This document shows positions 9,981 through 20,786 of a DNA stretch of 64,000 nucleotides, one piece after another; position 1 is the first letter of the stretch; the number at the start of each line of letters is the position of its first letter. Made by a program: the position numbers and the translations under genes. This stretch comes from Pseudomonadota bacterium. Its GTDB lineage: Bacteria > Desulfobacterota > Desulfobacteria > Desulfobacterales > JBDRRP01. The DNA lies in the NCBI GenBank assembly GCA_043825735.1, contig JBDRRP010000152.1:1-64000 (forward strand). The letters are read 5' to 3'. The notes beneath the pieces were generated by a model. That model made no database searches. It worked only from the letters and a program-made list of their open reading frames with translations, and was not told where the DNA came from.

Positions 9981-11101
9981 AAGGATTCGTAGACCTTTAT
10001 AGTTTCAGATATCATTTTTTTAACAGAGAAATCCCTAACAACTTTTGACCTAGCATTTTTACCTATTGTTTGAGCATATTTTGGATCATCCACCAAGCGC
10101 TTTACAGCTTGGGCAATGGATAGGGGGTTTTCTGGCGGGACTAACAACCCTTCTTTGAAATTCGTTATTTGTTCCTGGATACCACCAATCTGCGTTGTAA
10201 CAATTGGCTTTTCCATAGCCATTGCCTCCAGAGTAATCATCGGAAAGCCTTCAAGAAGGGAAGGTATAACGACAATCTCCATTGCCGCCAGTATATCTCT
10301 AATATCGCTACGATGACCAGTAAAAATAAGTCTATTAGAAATTCCCAAGGACATTGCCAGTCTTTCTAACCTTTGTCTCAATGGCCCCACTCCGACGAGC
10401 ATAAATCGAACTTTGGGGATATCCTTGACGAGGGTCGTAACACTCCTAAGGAAGTATTCGAAACCCTTTTGCCATACCAGTCGACCAAGTGAGCCGATCA
10501 GAATCTCACTTCCATCAATAGAAAACTCCTTTCGAACCCTTTTTCGCCCTGCTTCTTGATCATAAGGTTTATAGAAATCCGTCTCTATTCCATTGTAAAC
10601 CTTAACGATCTTCTCTTTAGGTATTTCGTGTTCCAAAATCATTGCCTGTTCAAGTACCGATGAGACAACGATAAATCGATCAACAAACCTCTCAGAGAAC
10701 CGGTCTACAGCTTTGTAAAAACGATTTTTCGTTGGTCCAACATTAAAGCCCTCGACAGGCATCTGGACGGAGGAAACATACATCGTCTTCCCTGAAAGAC
10801 CGGATGCAAGTCGCGCATAGAAATCCGCTCGAGCGCCTTGCCCATGTACGATGTCAATACTTTTTCCCCTAATAATCCTTATCAAGGATAGCAGGACTAC
10901 GGGATTATATCGATTCGAAAAATTTATTGGACAATACTGCACTGACGAATTTGAAACGGTATTGTAAAAATTTTCCTGGAGGGATGATGCTAAAAAAGTT
11001 TCATATCTGTTATTTGGGAGCCCATTGACGATCTGTGCGAACCCTCTCTCACCACCGCCAAATTCTATTCCATCAATAACAAAAAGAATTTTTTTTTTCA
11101 T
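9977..11101 (-). CDS. Glycosyltransferase family 4
   Basis: GGGER, KGFEY, EGFPMITLEAM. Confidence 0.9.
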   Translation of the reverse strand: MKKKILFVIDGIEFGGGERGFAQIVNGLPNNRYETFLASSLQENFYNTVSNSSVQYCPINFSNRYNPVVLLSLIRIIRGKSIDIVHGQGARADFYARLASGLSGKTMYVSSVQMPVEGFNVGPTKNRFYKAVDRFSERFVDRFIVVSSVLEQAMILEHEIPKEKIVKVYNGIETDFYKPYDQEAGRKRVRKEFSIDGSEILIGSLGRLVWQKGFEYFLRSVTTLVKDIPKVRFMLVGVGPLRQRLERLAMSLGISNRLIFTGHRSDIRDILAAMEIVVIPSLLEGFPMITLEAMAMEKPIVTTQIGGIQEQITNFKEGLLVPPENPLSIAQAVKRLVDDPKYAQTIGKNARSKVVRDFSVKKMISETIKVYESL

Positions 11102-12126
11102 TGTCTATCACTTCGACATATTCTACTGACAATTTGACTGTTTTCATACTGGATCCTGTATTTTGGCTCATATAGTAACGGCCTCAAAAGCTCCGGATAT
11201 GAGCCGAACTTATCCTGATCAAATGGGATGTGATCTCTTAAACTTCTTCTAACACATCTGTCTTCCGCTTCATCCCATTCCGAAGTGTTAAACTCCTTAG
11301 TAATAGTTGCCCTTACGTAGTCTTCGAGTGTGGGGAATTTTTTATAATCTTTTAATTCCATCCAATCTTCCCAAAAATAGCGCAACAGCATACGTCTCGC
11401 AGGCTTAACGTTCACATGAAACACGTAAGGCTCATACCAAAACAAAGGTTTATAATATATTGGAAACTTAACGGCTTCGAAACGGCCAGGATGAATGAAC
11501 GTAGCAAACTTGGAGTAAGTGTGAATATATTCTTCAATATGGACCATCTCTTGCGGATCCTGATGAAACAGGTCTCCGGAAAGATTTATATATCGCAAGT
11601 AAATTAAGTAATAACGCTTAGAATTTAAGTTTAAAACACGTGTTCGTAGCTTCTCAATATTGCATGGTCCACTGGTATGAGCAACCATGTCGCCATCCCA
11701 CCTAAATACCCACCGAAAGGTGGTCTGTTCCAAAGCGTAATTAGATAGATCACAGTGATAGAGTCCTGGCATTTTCGATAATTTTATCAACCCCTTTTCC
11801 GAATGGGCTAAGTCTTGAAGAATTTCATAAGTTCCATCCGTAGATCCATTATCAACGATTATGATCTCATCTGCAATGCCTTTAACTGAAGAAATTGATG
11901 CGCTAATCCAATCCTGTTCATTTTTTATACGCATGTAGATGCTAATACCGTGTGGCCTTAATAGCGCCTCATGATAAATGCCAATAGTTGGTATAAGACT
12001 GGCGAACGAGCGAAAGGCTCGAGATAGAAAATTCATTCTATCAGGGGATTGATTGAAAGTTATAGCGTTTTCATTCATGCATAGATTTTTTGATTTAATA
12101 GAAATTCTTTTAAAAATATTTAACAT
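11098..12126 (-). CDS. Glycosyltransferase family 2-like
   Basis: IKNE, VDNGSTD, WDGD motifs; start uncertain. Confidence 0.75.
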   Translation of the reverse strand: MLNIFKRISIKSKNLCMNENAITFNQSPDRMNFLSRAFRSFASLIPTIGIYHEALLRPHGISIYMRIKNEQDWISASISSVKGIADEIIIVDNGSTDGTYEILQDLAHSEKGLIKLSKMPGLYHCDLSNYALEQTTFRWVFRWDGDMVAHTSGPCNIEKLRTRVLNLNSKRYYLIYLRYINLSGDLFHQDPQEMVHIEEYIHTYSKFATFIHPGRFEAVKFPIYYKPLFWYEPYVFHVNVKPARRMLLRYFWEDWMELKDYKKFPTLEDYVRATITKEFNTSEWDEAEDRCVRRSLRDHIPFDQDKFGSYPELLRPLLYEPKYRIQYENSQIVSRICRSDRQ

Positions 12127-12163
12127 TATTGCAAAGACATAACTGCATTTTTCTATTCTTTTT

Positions 12164-13393
12164 TTATACTCTTGAAGCTAATATCTTACTGGCCACTGTA
12201 ACTATCACTTCAGCATTCTTTCGCCGGCTGTAGTTTCTGACGATAAATTCCCTCCCATTTCTTCCCATCTCTCCATGTAAGGCTTCTTTTGTAAGCAAGC
12301 GATTAACTCCTTGAGCTAAGATGGCAGGATCTTCCGGGGGAACGAGCACGACAGCACCGCTATTTTTAAAAAAAACACCATTTTCACCAACATCAGAAAC
12401 CACTACCGGTTTACCACAAGCAAGATAATCGAATACCTTAACAGGAGAACTATCGCCAGCACTTCTGTGAAAAGGGGCGACACAAATAGTCATGACCGCA
12501 CAATATGAAGGCACACATTCATAAGGGATGTATCCAGTAAAAATAAAATATGATTGAAGACTTTTTTCTATAACCATGTTTTCCAATGTATTTTTCATTG
12601 GCCCATCACCAACTATCAAAAATCTAACATTTGGGTAATTTCGGATAATCATTGGGGCGGCTTCGATTAGAATATCTATTCCTTGGTAGTGAAAAATTGT
12701 GCCTACAAAACCGATATATGTTAACGACTGATCGAATCCAAGTTCCAAGCAACATTTACGTTTATCCATAGGGAAAAATATCTCGGTATTTGCTCCACTC
12801 GGTAAAACAGTTATTTTCTTCCAAGGAATCCCTTCGAGCCTATGCATATTTATTGCTATTTTTTTTGTAACGGGAAGGACGTGGTCACTCAAATAGAAAC
12901 TTATCTTATCAATAACACGTATTACAAATTTCTTGAAATTATTATTAACTGAAGTGTATGCTCGATGCGGGCTATCATTTATTTCAAGAATAATCGGAAC
13001 GGCAAGAATCCTGCCTAATATCATCGGAATAAATGACCACATTATTCGGACATAAATAACATCTGGAAAATTTTCAGAAAAAGCTAAACGAAGAGCCCAA
13101 AAAAAAGCGATTATCTGGTAGGAAACAAACCTTAATATAGGCAAATCGATAAATGGAACTGAAAATACTTTGGCTGTTGTTTGTCTTTCAGGATAACCTA
13201 TTTTTGGTATAAACAAGTATACTTGGTTTCCAAGGCTGTTGAGATATTTTGTTAATTCGAATACTTTTATTGGTCCGCCGACTTTCTTTTTGAAGAGGTC
13301 ATCATGCCAGTAAACAAATACAAAATATAACAAATTATGAGAGTTTTTACGTATCATAGTGAGTGCAGAATGAAGCTTAGATATTTTTATCAT
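12164..13393 (-). CDS. Glycosyltransferase family 4
   Basis: GFVG..YQG, SPVKVFDYLACGKPVV. Confidence 0.85.
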   Translation of the reverse strand: MIKISKLHSALTMIRKNSHNLLYFVFVYWHDDLFKKKVGGPIKVFELTKYLNSLGNQVYLFIPKIGYPERQTTAKVFSVPFIDLPILRFVSYQIIAFFWALRLAFSENFPDVIYVRIMWSFIPMILGRILAVPIILEINDSPHRAYTSVNNNFKKFVIRVIDKISFYLSDHVLPVTKKIAINMHRLEGIPWKKITVLPSGANTEIFFPMDKRKCCLELGFDQSLTYIGFVGTIFHYQGIDILIEAAPMIIRNYPNVRFLIVGDGPMKNTLENMVIEKSLQSYFIFTGYIPYECVPSYCAVMTICVAPFHRSAGDSSPVKVFDYLACGKPVVVSDVGENGVFFKNSGAVVLVPPEDPAILAQGVNRLLTKEALHGEMGRNGREFIVRNYSRRKNAEVIVTVASKILASRV

Positions 13394-14309
13394 AACTCAT
13401 TTTAGAAATCATTTCGTTAGCTCGTGTATTTAGAATTAATGGAATCCGATAAAACACAATTACAATTGAAACAAGAATTACTGCAAACCTTGTACATATT
13501 TTTACAAAATTAGGCCCTTGCAATAGCCATTCTATCATACTTTTAAACATTACAGTGAAGTTAATGCTAACGGGACTGAAAGGATTTTTCAGTATATAAA
13601 TATAGTAACCATAAGCTGAAGAGAATTTAGCCCTAAAAGTCATTTCTTTTGGGAAAAGCTGTATATGTCGGTGATAAACCACTGCGTTATGGATAACATG
13701 GATTTGAAAACCATGGAATTTTGCTCGGCGGCATAAATCTCCTTCTTCATGATACAAAAAATATATAGGATCAAAGACTCCAATAGTGTTGAAAACATCT
13801 GAACGAAAAAGCATTGCAGCCCCAATAACCGTATCTACTTCGAATGATTCATTGGATTGAATTTTATTGAACAAATCAATAACGCTCTTAAATTTATATA
13901 GTTTTGCGAAATTTTCGTCTACATTTGAACCGTCGTAATCCATCTGAAGGGGGGTTGCAATACCGATATTTATATTATCTTCGCATACATTAATCATTTT
14001 TTCGATACAGTCGGATTTAATCCATAGGTCCTGATTCAAAAGTAAAATATATTCAGCCTTTTTAGACATCGCATATTTGATACCGACATTTGCCCCCCTC
14101 CCGAAGCCTTGATTTCTATCTTGAATAATTGTCAAAACATTTTGAAATTTTTCAGTTATAATCTGAATCGTTGAATCTTTAGATTTATTATCTACTACAA
14201 CAATTTCACAGTTTTTATAGGTACTATCTATAACCGACATAATACACTCATAAATCCAATTCTTCGCATTATATGAAACAATTATTACAAATACTTTTGG
14301 AAAATTCAT
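13377..14309 (-). CDS. Glycosyltransferase family 2
   Basis: IVSYN, VDNKSKD, GFGRGAN, LLNQD, YHEEGD. Confidence 0.88.
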   Translation of the reverse strand: MNFPKVFVIIVSYNAKNWIYECIMSVIDSTYKNCEIVVVDNKSKDSTIQIITEKFQNVLTIIQDRNQGFGRGANVGIKYAMSKKAEYILLLNQDLWIKSDCIEKMINVCEDNINIGIATPLQMDYDGSNVDENFAKLYKFKSVIDLFNKIQSNESFEVDTVIGAAMLFRSDVFNTIGVFDPIYFLYHEEGDLCRRAKFHGFQIHVIHNAVVYHRHIQLFPKEMTFRAKFSSAYGYYIYILKNPFSPVSINFTVMFKSMIEWLLQGPNFVKICTRFAVILVSIVIVFYRIPLILNTRANEMISKMSYDKNI

Positions 14310-14314
14310 ATGAA

Positions 14315-15046
14315 TTATTTCTCTGCTACTATGACAAAATATCGCGGAGTCATTCCGACAACAGGCTTAACTGTATAATCAGAGCGAAACATTGGATTAA
14401 ATATTTTATTGTATATTTTATTGACGTAATTATTTTGAAATAATAGCTGTTGCCGTTGACCGAAAACATTATTTTTATTTATAATATATCGGTTATCTTT
14501 TAATATTTTAATTAGTTCAGTTTTTGAAAATTCATGAGAATGGTATTTATTATTTGGTTTTTCTTTAAAAGAATAAATTTTAGGTGATGTAATTCTCCTG
14601 TTAGGGGATGAAATAATGAGGAGACCATCCTCTTGTAAAAGATTATACAAATTCATCAATGCTCTTGTATAATCTTCTATATGCTCAATTGTTTCAAAAC
14701 AGACAATTACATCATATTTAATCCCTATTTCAAAATAACATATATCACCTATATAATAAGATATATTATGTGCCTGATATGTTTCTTTAGCGAAGGCAAT
14801 CGTAGTTTCATCATTATCGACACCATCCACGCTCTTTGCGCCATTGTCTAATAGAACTCTTGTCCCGTAACCAGTACCACAAGCAATATCAAGTACCGAT
14901 TTATTGCGAGTATATTTAGCTGCAAAATGATAACGAGCCAAGTGATCCTCCTCAATTCGTTTTGAGGAAATCCCCGGGACCATACGCTCGCCTGTGAATT
15001 TTATAGACACAATATCCTCTTCTGACTGTAATTGAAAGTTTTCCAA
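14315..15046 (-). CDS. Class I SAM-dependent methyltransferase
   Basis: FTGER, HLARY, VLDIACGTGYG, FETIEH. Confidence 0.88.
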   Translation of the reverse strand: MENFQLQSEEDIVSIKFTGERMVPGISSKRIEEDHLARYHFAAKYTRNKSVLDIACGTGYGTRVLLDNGAKSVDGVDNDETTIAFAKETYQAHNISYYIGDICYFEIGIKYDVIVCFETIEHIEDYTRALMNLYNLLQEDGLLIISSPNRRITSPKIYSFKEKPNNKYHSHEFSKTELIKILKDNRYIINKNNVFGQRQQLLFQNNYVNKIYNKIFNPMFRSDYTVKPVVGMTPRYFVIVAEK

Positions 15047-15087
15047 CTTGTAGTTATATTAATCAATTTTGCAAAATCTTATTTTTC

Positions 15088-16191
15088 CTAAACTTCTTCA
15101 TAGATTTCAAGTGTTCTTTCTACCATTTTCTGCCATGAAAATTTTCGTGCTTGCTTAATGCTTAGGAACTGCATTCTCCGTCGGAGCTCATGGTTAGAAA
15201 GAACAGTTAGACATACATCATACATATTGTCTTCATGGAAAGGATTAAAGAATACGCCTGCATTACCAACCACCTCCGGAATAGATGAATTGCGTGATGC
15301 TATTATTGGTATGCCGCAAGCCATTGCCTCTGGCAGTACTAACCCGAATCCTTCGTATATTGATGGAAGGACAAAAAGATCTGCCCCTTTATAGACTGCT
15401 GGCAGATTATCCTCATTTACGATACCCGTAAAGATTACTTTTTGACTAAGGTTTAATTCTTTGACTAATACCCTCAACACACGATGACGATCAGTTATTT
15501 TGCCGACTATAACGAGAAAATGTGGAAATATATAAGAAATACGTTTATAGACTTTTATAAGTCGGATAAGATTTTTATGGTAATCACCAGCTCCGACGTA
15601 CAGGATATACGGAGTTCGAATCCCATACTTCTTTGATATTAATTCTGATCTTTCTGCATAAAAATACTTTTCATCAACTCCTTCATGTATGACAATCGTA
15701 CGAGACTCTAAGCCTGGAACCAATTCAATAAGGTCGTTTCGAGTAGAATGGGATACAGCAATTATTCTGTTTGCCTTTTTATCCAAAATCTTCAAGACTT
15801 TTAATTCTAAAGCCTTCGTATTTTTCCCATAGTTCAGTTTAAACGTGAATAGATCATGGATAGTTACAACCCATTTTTTAGCTGGAGGACAATAAGAATA
15901 TATTGGACTATGAGCCGGGCTATGAAAAACGTCAACAGGACCAATAAAGTACTCAATTGGTGGATAGGTCAGATATATCCAAAAATATTTTAAAATTAAA
16001 TCGGGTATCCTAAAACTTTTAACATTAAACAATGGGTCAACATTAATTTTATAATTTGTTCTAAATGAATTAAAAAAAAGACTATACTGATGTTGAATCC
16101 GTGAGTTTTTATACCCCTTTAGAAGATGGTCTATATAACTTCCTACACCGCCTCCATGTTTAAGGATACTAATATCAATTCCAATCTTCAA
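15088..16191 (-). CDS. Glycosyltransferase family 4
   Basis: KIGID N-terminus, TIHD, HKN, EGFGLVLPEAM; start revised to TTG 16191. Confidence 0.88.
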   Translation of the reverse strand: MKIGIDISILKHGGGVGSYIDHLLKGYKNSRIQHQYSLFFNSFRTNYKINVDPLFNVKSFRIPDLILKYFWIYLTYPPIEYFIGPVDVFHSPAHSPIYSYCPPAKKWVVTIHDLFTFKLNYGKNTKALELKVLKILDKKANRIIAVSHSTRNDLIELVPGLESRTIVIHEGVDEKYFYAERSELISKKYGIRTPYILYVGAGDYHKNLIRLIKVYKRISYIFPHFLVIVGKITDRHRVLRVLVKELNLSQKVIFTGIVNEDNLPAVYKGADLFVLPSIYEGFGLVLPEAMACGIPIIASRNSSIPEVVGNAGVFFNPFHEDNMYDVCLTVLSNHELRRRMQFLSIKQARKFSWQKMVERTLEIYEEV

Positions 16192-16228
16192 AATTTCAAG
16201 CCCTCTATAATTAATAACTGTATAATAC

Positions 16229-16631
16229 TTAGTTATGGTCGTTAGCCGTCTCACAGGCTCGACGCCACTGCGTCAACTGCTCGGGGTACAGCCCCTTTTG
16301 GCGACAGTACTCTGCCAACTGCGCCTCGTTGAACCCGGCGCTTTCAAGGACGGCATTGAACTTGTCACGGGCGCTCTATCGATCGGGCTCAGTGTCGCTG
16401 TCGGGTAGCAGCAACCCCCTGTCACGCGCTTGCCGACGCCAGATGTACAGGGTGGCTTCGCTGATGCCTTCCTCCTTGGCCAGGTCGATGATCGGCCGGT
16501 TGTGCGGAGGCATCATCTTTATAAGTACCGCTTCTTTTCGCTCTTTCGAATATCGCATGATCAATTCTCTCTTTCCCCCAATAAACTCAATTATAAAGGC
16601 ATTTAGATCATGCGACAACTACCCTGACACA
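16229..16631 (-). mobile_element. IS3-family transposase OrfA relic with probable left end
   Basis: TGTGTCAGGGTAGTTGTCGCA end at 16631; ATG 16558 MRYSKERKEAVL..GISEATLYIWRRQ, in-frame TAG 16376-16378, then DKFNAVLE..EYCRQKGLYPEQLTQWR; no OrfB; more GC-rich than flanks. Confidence 0.8.
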
Positions 16632-16659
16632 GGGGGTGATTACTGCATAATGAGCTATT

Positions 16660-17526
16660 CTAATCTTTTGTAAATTTCTTAAATTTTCCGCCGCTTATGA
16701 GTCCGATCAACAATCCGTATATTTCATATTTTATTCTTAAACCATGTATATATCGCAAATAATCGAATTGTTCTATACCTGGAACCAAATAATAGATTAC
16801 CCTCAATCTTTCAAGCCACATTCGTATAATCAATTTTCTGTCAATATTTATCCACTTCTTGCAAAATTGATAAAATCCGACGCCATTCACTTTCAATTTT
16901 CTTTTCAGATTTTCAATGCTTTCTTCGTGAGGATGTCTAATTACCATTCGTTCATTATAAAAACGCCTATAGCCCATACATTCAAGTCTAAAACCTAGGT
17001 CCAAATCTTCCCATGCAGCAAAAGTAAAGTTTTCATCAAATCCGCCTACATTAATAAATATATCTTTCTGAAAAGCTATATTATTCGAAGCCCAACTATC
17101 TGAAATATGAATATATTTTTCTAGAAAATTAGGTAGATATGAGTTTTGATATGCAAATACCCGCCCCTTCACCGCTGCGCAATTTCTTTCTATATTATCA
17201 AAAGTATTTTGTATTTGACTAAACCATTCTGGCGCAACGATAGAATCATCATCAATAAAACAAACGATGCCCCCTTGAGCTACCCTTACACCAAAATTTC
17301 GAGCCTTGGCGGGTCCTCCTCTTTTTTGGTGTAAAACATGGAGCCTTATATTCATCTGAGGAGAAAAATGATCTAAAAAATATTTAGTTCCATCAGTAGA
17401 TCCATCGTCGATGATAATTATCTCAACTTCCTTGTTTTGGACTGAAAGACTCAAAGCATTTAAACATATTTTAAGCCAATTTAATCTGTTGAATGTCGGG
17501 ATTATTATACTAATCAATATTATCAC
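16660..17526 (-). CDS. Glycosyltransferase family 2
   Basis: IPTFNR, DDGSTD, ARNFG, FIDDD, WEDLD. Confidence 0.9.
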   Translation of the reverse strand: MIILISIIIPTFNRLNWLKICLNALSLSVQNKEVEIIIIDDGSTDGTKYFLDHFSPQMNIRLHVLHQKRGGPAKARNFGVRVAQGGIVCFIDDDSIVAPEWFSQIQNTFDNIERNCAAVKGRVFAYQNSYLPNFLEKYIHISDSWASNNIAFQKDIFINVGGFDENFTFAAWEDLDLGFRLECMGYRRFYNERMVIRHPHEESIENLKRKLKVNGVGFYQFCKKWINIDRKLIIRMWLERLRVIYYLVPGIEQFDYLRYIHGLRIKYEIYGLLIGLISGGKFKKFTKD

Positions 17527-17693
17527 CTTATGGTAGTCGATTCTGAAAAACTCTTGATTCTCCTCACGAGGGGCAGATCAATGCTCTTTGAGAAAAAAAC
17601 CCAGTAGAATAATAGGCGCAAAAGCGCTGCCAGCCACCTCAGCAGCTTTCTTAATGGAAGGCCTATTCTCATATATCTATCGATTGCCTAAAT

Positions 17694-18590
17694 TCAGAAT
17701 GTCCGCAATATATTCAAATATGCAAATTTTTGTAAAGGTTTCTTCAAAATTGATTTCATATAATATTTGCGCGCTAACTGTTTATTTGATTGCATCTCGC
17801 TTACACCAAGCCGGTTATATACATCTGCCACTCTTTTATTCCAAGAATTCCGTATTTCAGAAACTTCCCTACTAAACTCATTTTCAATTTTTTCATAGAG
17901 CTTTAATCTTTCTATAAATGATTTTACCCCAATATTTCCCCACGAAGTAGTCCGCCTAGTCATATAGGATAGTGGTTTTTTAATATAAATAAAATTGGGA
18001 TAAGCGTAAGAAAGACGAAGCCATTGCAAATAGTCTTGATGTAACAATTGATTTTCATCAAACATTCCGATATTTTTAAAACAATTACGTCGAACAATTA
18101 TTCCAGAAGTGTTAATAAAATTACCAGATTCTAAAAGAGCTTTAAATATTTTTTTTTCTTTAAATTTATTTGAGGTATAATCATTTTTGAAATATTCTGA
18201 TCCGAGACAAATTTCATTCCCCACGGTGTCCACAAAAACCACATCGGAGAACAGCCATTCAATATTAGGATTATTTTCGAATATATTAATTTTATATTCG
18301 ATATTCTCTGGATGAAAATAGTCGTCTGCGTCTAAAAAAGATATATAACTTCCCAAAGCCTTTTCTATTCCATGATTCCTTGCGCTTCCGGGCCCTGAAT
18401 TATCTTGATAATAGTATCTAAGAATATTTGATTCTATATTATTAACCATCTCTTTAGTGTTATCAGTAGATCCATCATCAACTACAATAATCTCAATATT
18501 TGAATAGGTCTGAGATAGAACACTGTTTATAGCTTTTTGCAAAAATTTTTCGCAATTATATGTTGGAATAACAACGCTTACTTTTATCAT
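17694..18590 (-). CDS. Glycosyltransferase family 2
   Basis: IPTYN, DDGSTD, ARNHG, FLDADD. Confidence 0.9.
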   Translation of the reverse strand: MIKVSVVIPTYNCEKFLQKAINSVLSQTYSNIEIIVVDDGSTDNTKEMVNNIESNILRYYYQDNSGPGSARNHGIEKALGSYISFLDADDYFHPENIEYKINIFENNPNIEWLFSDVVFVDTVGNEICLGSEYFKNDYTSNKFKEKKIFKALLESGNFINTSGIIVRRNCFKNIGMFDENQLLHQDYLQWLRLSYAYPNFIYIKKPLSYMTRRTTSWGNIGVKSFIERLKLYEKIENEFSREVSEIRNSWNKRVADVYNRLGVSEMQSNKQLARKYYMKSILKKPLQKFAYLNILRTF

Positions 18591-18742
18591 TTGATTTTTC
18601 CAATTTTCTCATTTTAGAGGCATTTATTTACTATATTTAAAAATTACATATTTCAAATCGATAACAGACCTTAGCCCGATGTAACTTCCTAATTCTATCT
18701 CAATTAGTAGTAATAGATATTCCACTTTTTCAAACTACCGTT

Positions 18743-19642
18743 TCATACTTCAACCCACTTATATTTGATTACATTACTTAACCTTTTATTTCTTATCTCT
18801 TCGAGTCTTTTCGGCAAAAAATGAAAACAATCCTTAACGTCTATCTCTGGCAATTGCTCTTTACCGATATCGTTTCTGATAAACATCAAGTTAAATCCAT
18901 ATCGATTACATGCGACAAGTCTGTAGCCTTTTTGTTTCCCTAACTTTATAAATGCTGGAATTGATGCCCCCATATAATCTAGATGCTTGTCAAAACGATT
19001 AAAATTATGAATATATGGAATTGATACTGATTTTTCACTCTCCCAAAATGCTACAGCCTCTAAAATCACTACCCGTGGTCTTACAATGGTCAGGCTTTCC
19101 CATAGCCAGTAATCAATGCCATCGACATCAAGTGAGAACAAATCAATTTCCCCAATTATCCCATTATCGGATAGGATACTATTAATGTTATCGGGTGAAA
19201 CAATTGCGCATTTATTAATTGGTGGGAATATGCAACTATCTGGATGTCTCTTATAAAATTTATCCGTAGTATTAATGCAAGCCGAATCGGAATCGATCAA
19301 TAAACCGGTAAACCCTAAATTGCAAATTAAATTAGTTGAGTTTGCCCCATAAGGAACTCCACATGCAATATCGACTAATGTCCTGTTAGTAAAACCTATT
19401 AATGAAAATAACTATAACAGGATACCGTCCTCATCAACCTGAGAATATATTCGAAATCCCGCATCTCTAAAACTACATAGATTCTTACGATTTTTACATA
19501 AATCCTGATAATAGATAAATAACTGGCGCTGCATGACCTGTTGGTTCAACCCTTGCCAAAAAAATAGATTCACTTCCGTCATTATTTTTTCTAGAATTTT
19601 ACCAAACATTCGCCTTATCGATTGCTGAACAAATCGCACCAT
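18743..19642 (-). pseudogene. FkbM-like methyltransferase-fold gene interrupted by one in-frame TAG
   Basis: ORFs 19412-19642 and 18743-19300 share a frame; 37 sense codons bridge them after TAG 19412-19414 (YSQVDEDGILL*LFSLIG..ANSTNL..SLDVDGIDY). Confidence 0.8.
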
Positions 19643-19971
19643 GCCTCCTAAATATGGTCAAATTAAGATTAGAAAATATTTTTATTCATATTCCCGTCTA
19701 CTTCTTTCGACTACTTGAAGAGTGTTATTCAATCCCTGCAGTTATTATAAAAATTGTACCCGGTCAAATGTACGGCAATACTTTAGCGATACTACAACGT
19801 GGTACACGTTGCCTAATAATATTTCAAAAGAGTCAATATTATAAAATACTGTTAAAACTAATATATTCTTCTACATTTTATTTGCAAATTGTATGTGACA
19901 AATAACTACTTTATACTGTCATTAATGCTCATAAGCTATAAGCCTCTAAAAGCATATCCAGTCTTTGGCTA

Positions 19972-20604
19972 TTAATTATTAATTTTTGATAAGATAAAGA
20001 ACCTGTGGTACATGAATTCCCAAATTCTATAAGTTTTTAGTATTCTGAAATCTGCCTTGTATATATCAAGAAGAATATTTTTATATGAAAAACCAGTTTT
20101 TCCAATTTCCCAATAGTGTTGACCGTCAAAAATATGCTCGGCTGACCTATGAAATGGGTGTTGGATACTTTTCTTAATCGTCCTGAATCTCGGCAACTCG
20201 ATTAAAAATCGATAAACAGTCGTTATATCAGGCAATGACAATATAACATGTTTCTTTGTCACTCGATTAATTTCTCTCAATGAATTTAGAAACTCAGAAT
20301 ATGGCAAATGTTCTAAGATTTCACAACATGTAACTGTATCAAAATATTTATCACGGAAGGGAATTGACAATACTGATCCAACCACATCCGGCATCAATCT
20401 ATAATCAATATCCAAAGTGGTAATATCTTGATTATGGTCTTTTAAATATCGTGATACAAATCTATTTCCAATCCCGATTTCAAGCAATCTACTGGGTTGC
20501 AACAAAAATATTTCGTTTATTTGATACCAATAACTTATAAATCTCTCTTTTGAATCATAAGAGGATCCAGCATAGTGATCGGGAGCAACTTGTGGATTCA
20601 TCAA
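19972..20604 (-). CDS. SAM-dependent methyltransferase
   Basis: LLEIGIG, EILEHLP, HYWEIG. Confidence 0.82.
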   Translation of the reverse strand: MMNPQVAPDHYAGSSYDSKERFISYWYQINEIFLLQPSRLLEIGIGNRFVSRYLKDHNQDITTLDIDYRLMPDVVGSVLSIPFRDKYFDTVTCCEILEHLPYSEFLNSLREINRVTKKHVILSLPDITTVYRFLIELPRFRTIKKSIQHPFHRSAEHIFDGQHYWEIGKTGFSYKNILLDIYKADFRILKTYRIWEFMYHRFFILSKINN

Positions 20605-20786
20605 TCAACCATAATTATGATAAAATTTGTATTTGCTTATTGCAATAAATACTAAAATATAGGAACCTTGGCAAACTTGGTTAATGAAAGTGAACATTTC
20701 GCGGTGGAGGCAGAAAATAACAGCCCATTAATAAAGTCGATCGAACTACCATGTGGCTCCATTTTAAAATAATGCTTTTATATTCA

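Noticed and set aside
19412..19414. Pyrrolysine read-through of TAG
   Set aside because: No pyl genes in window and not a methylamine methyltransferase; a point nonsense change is simpler
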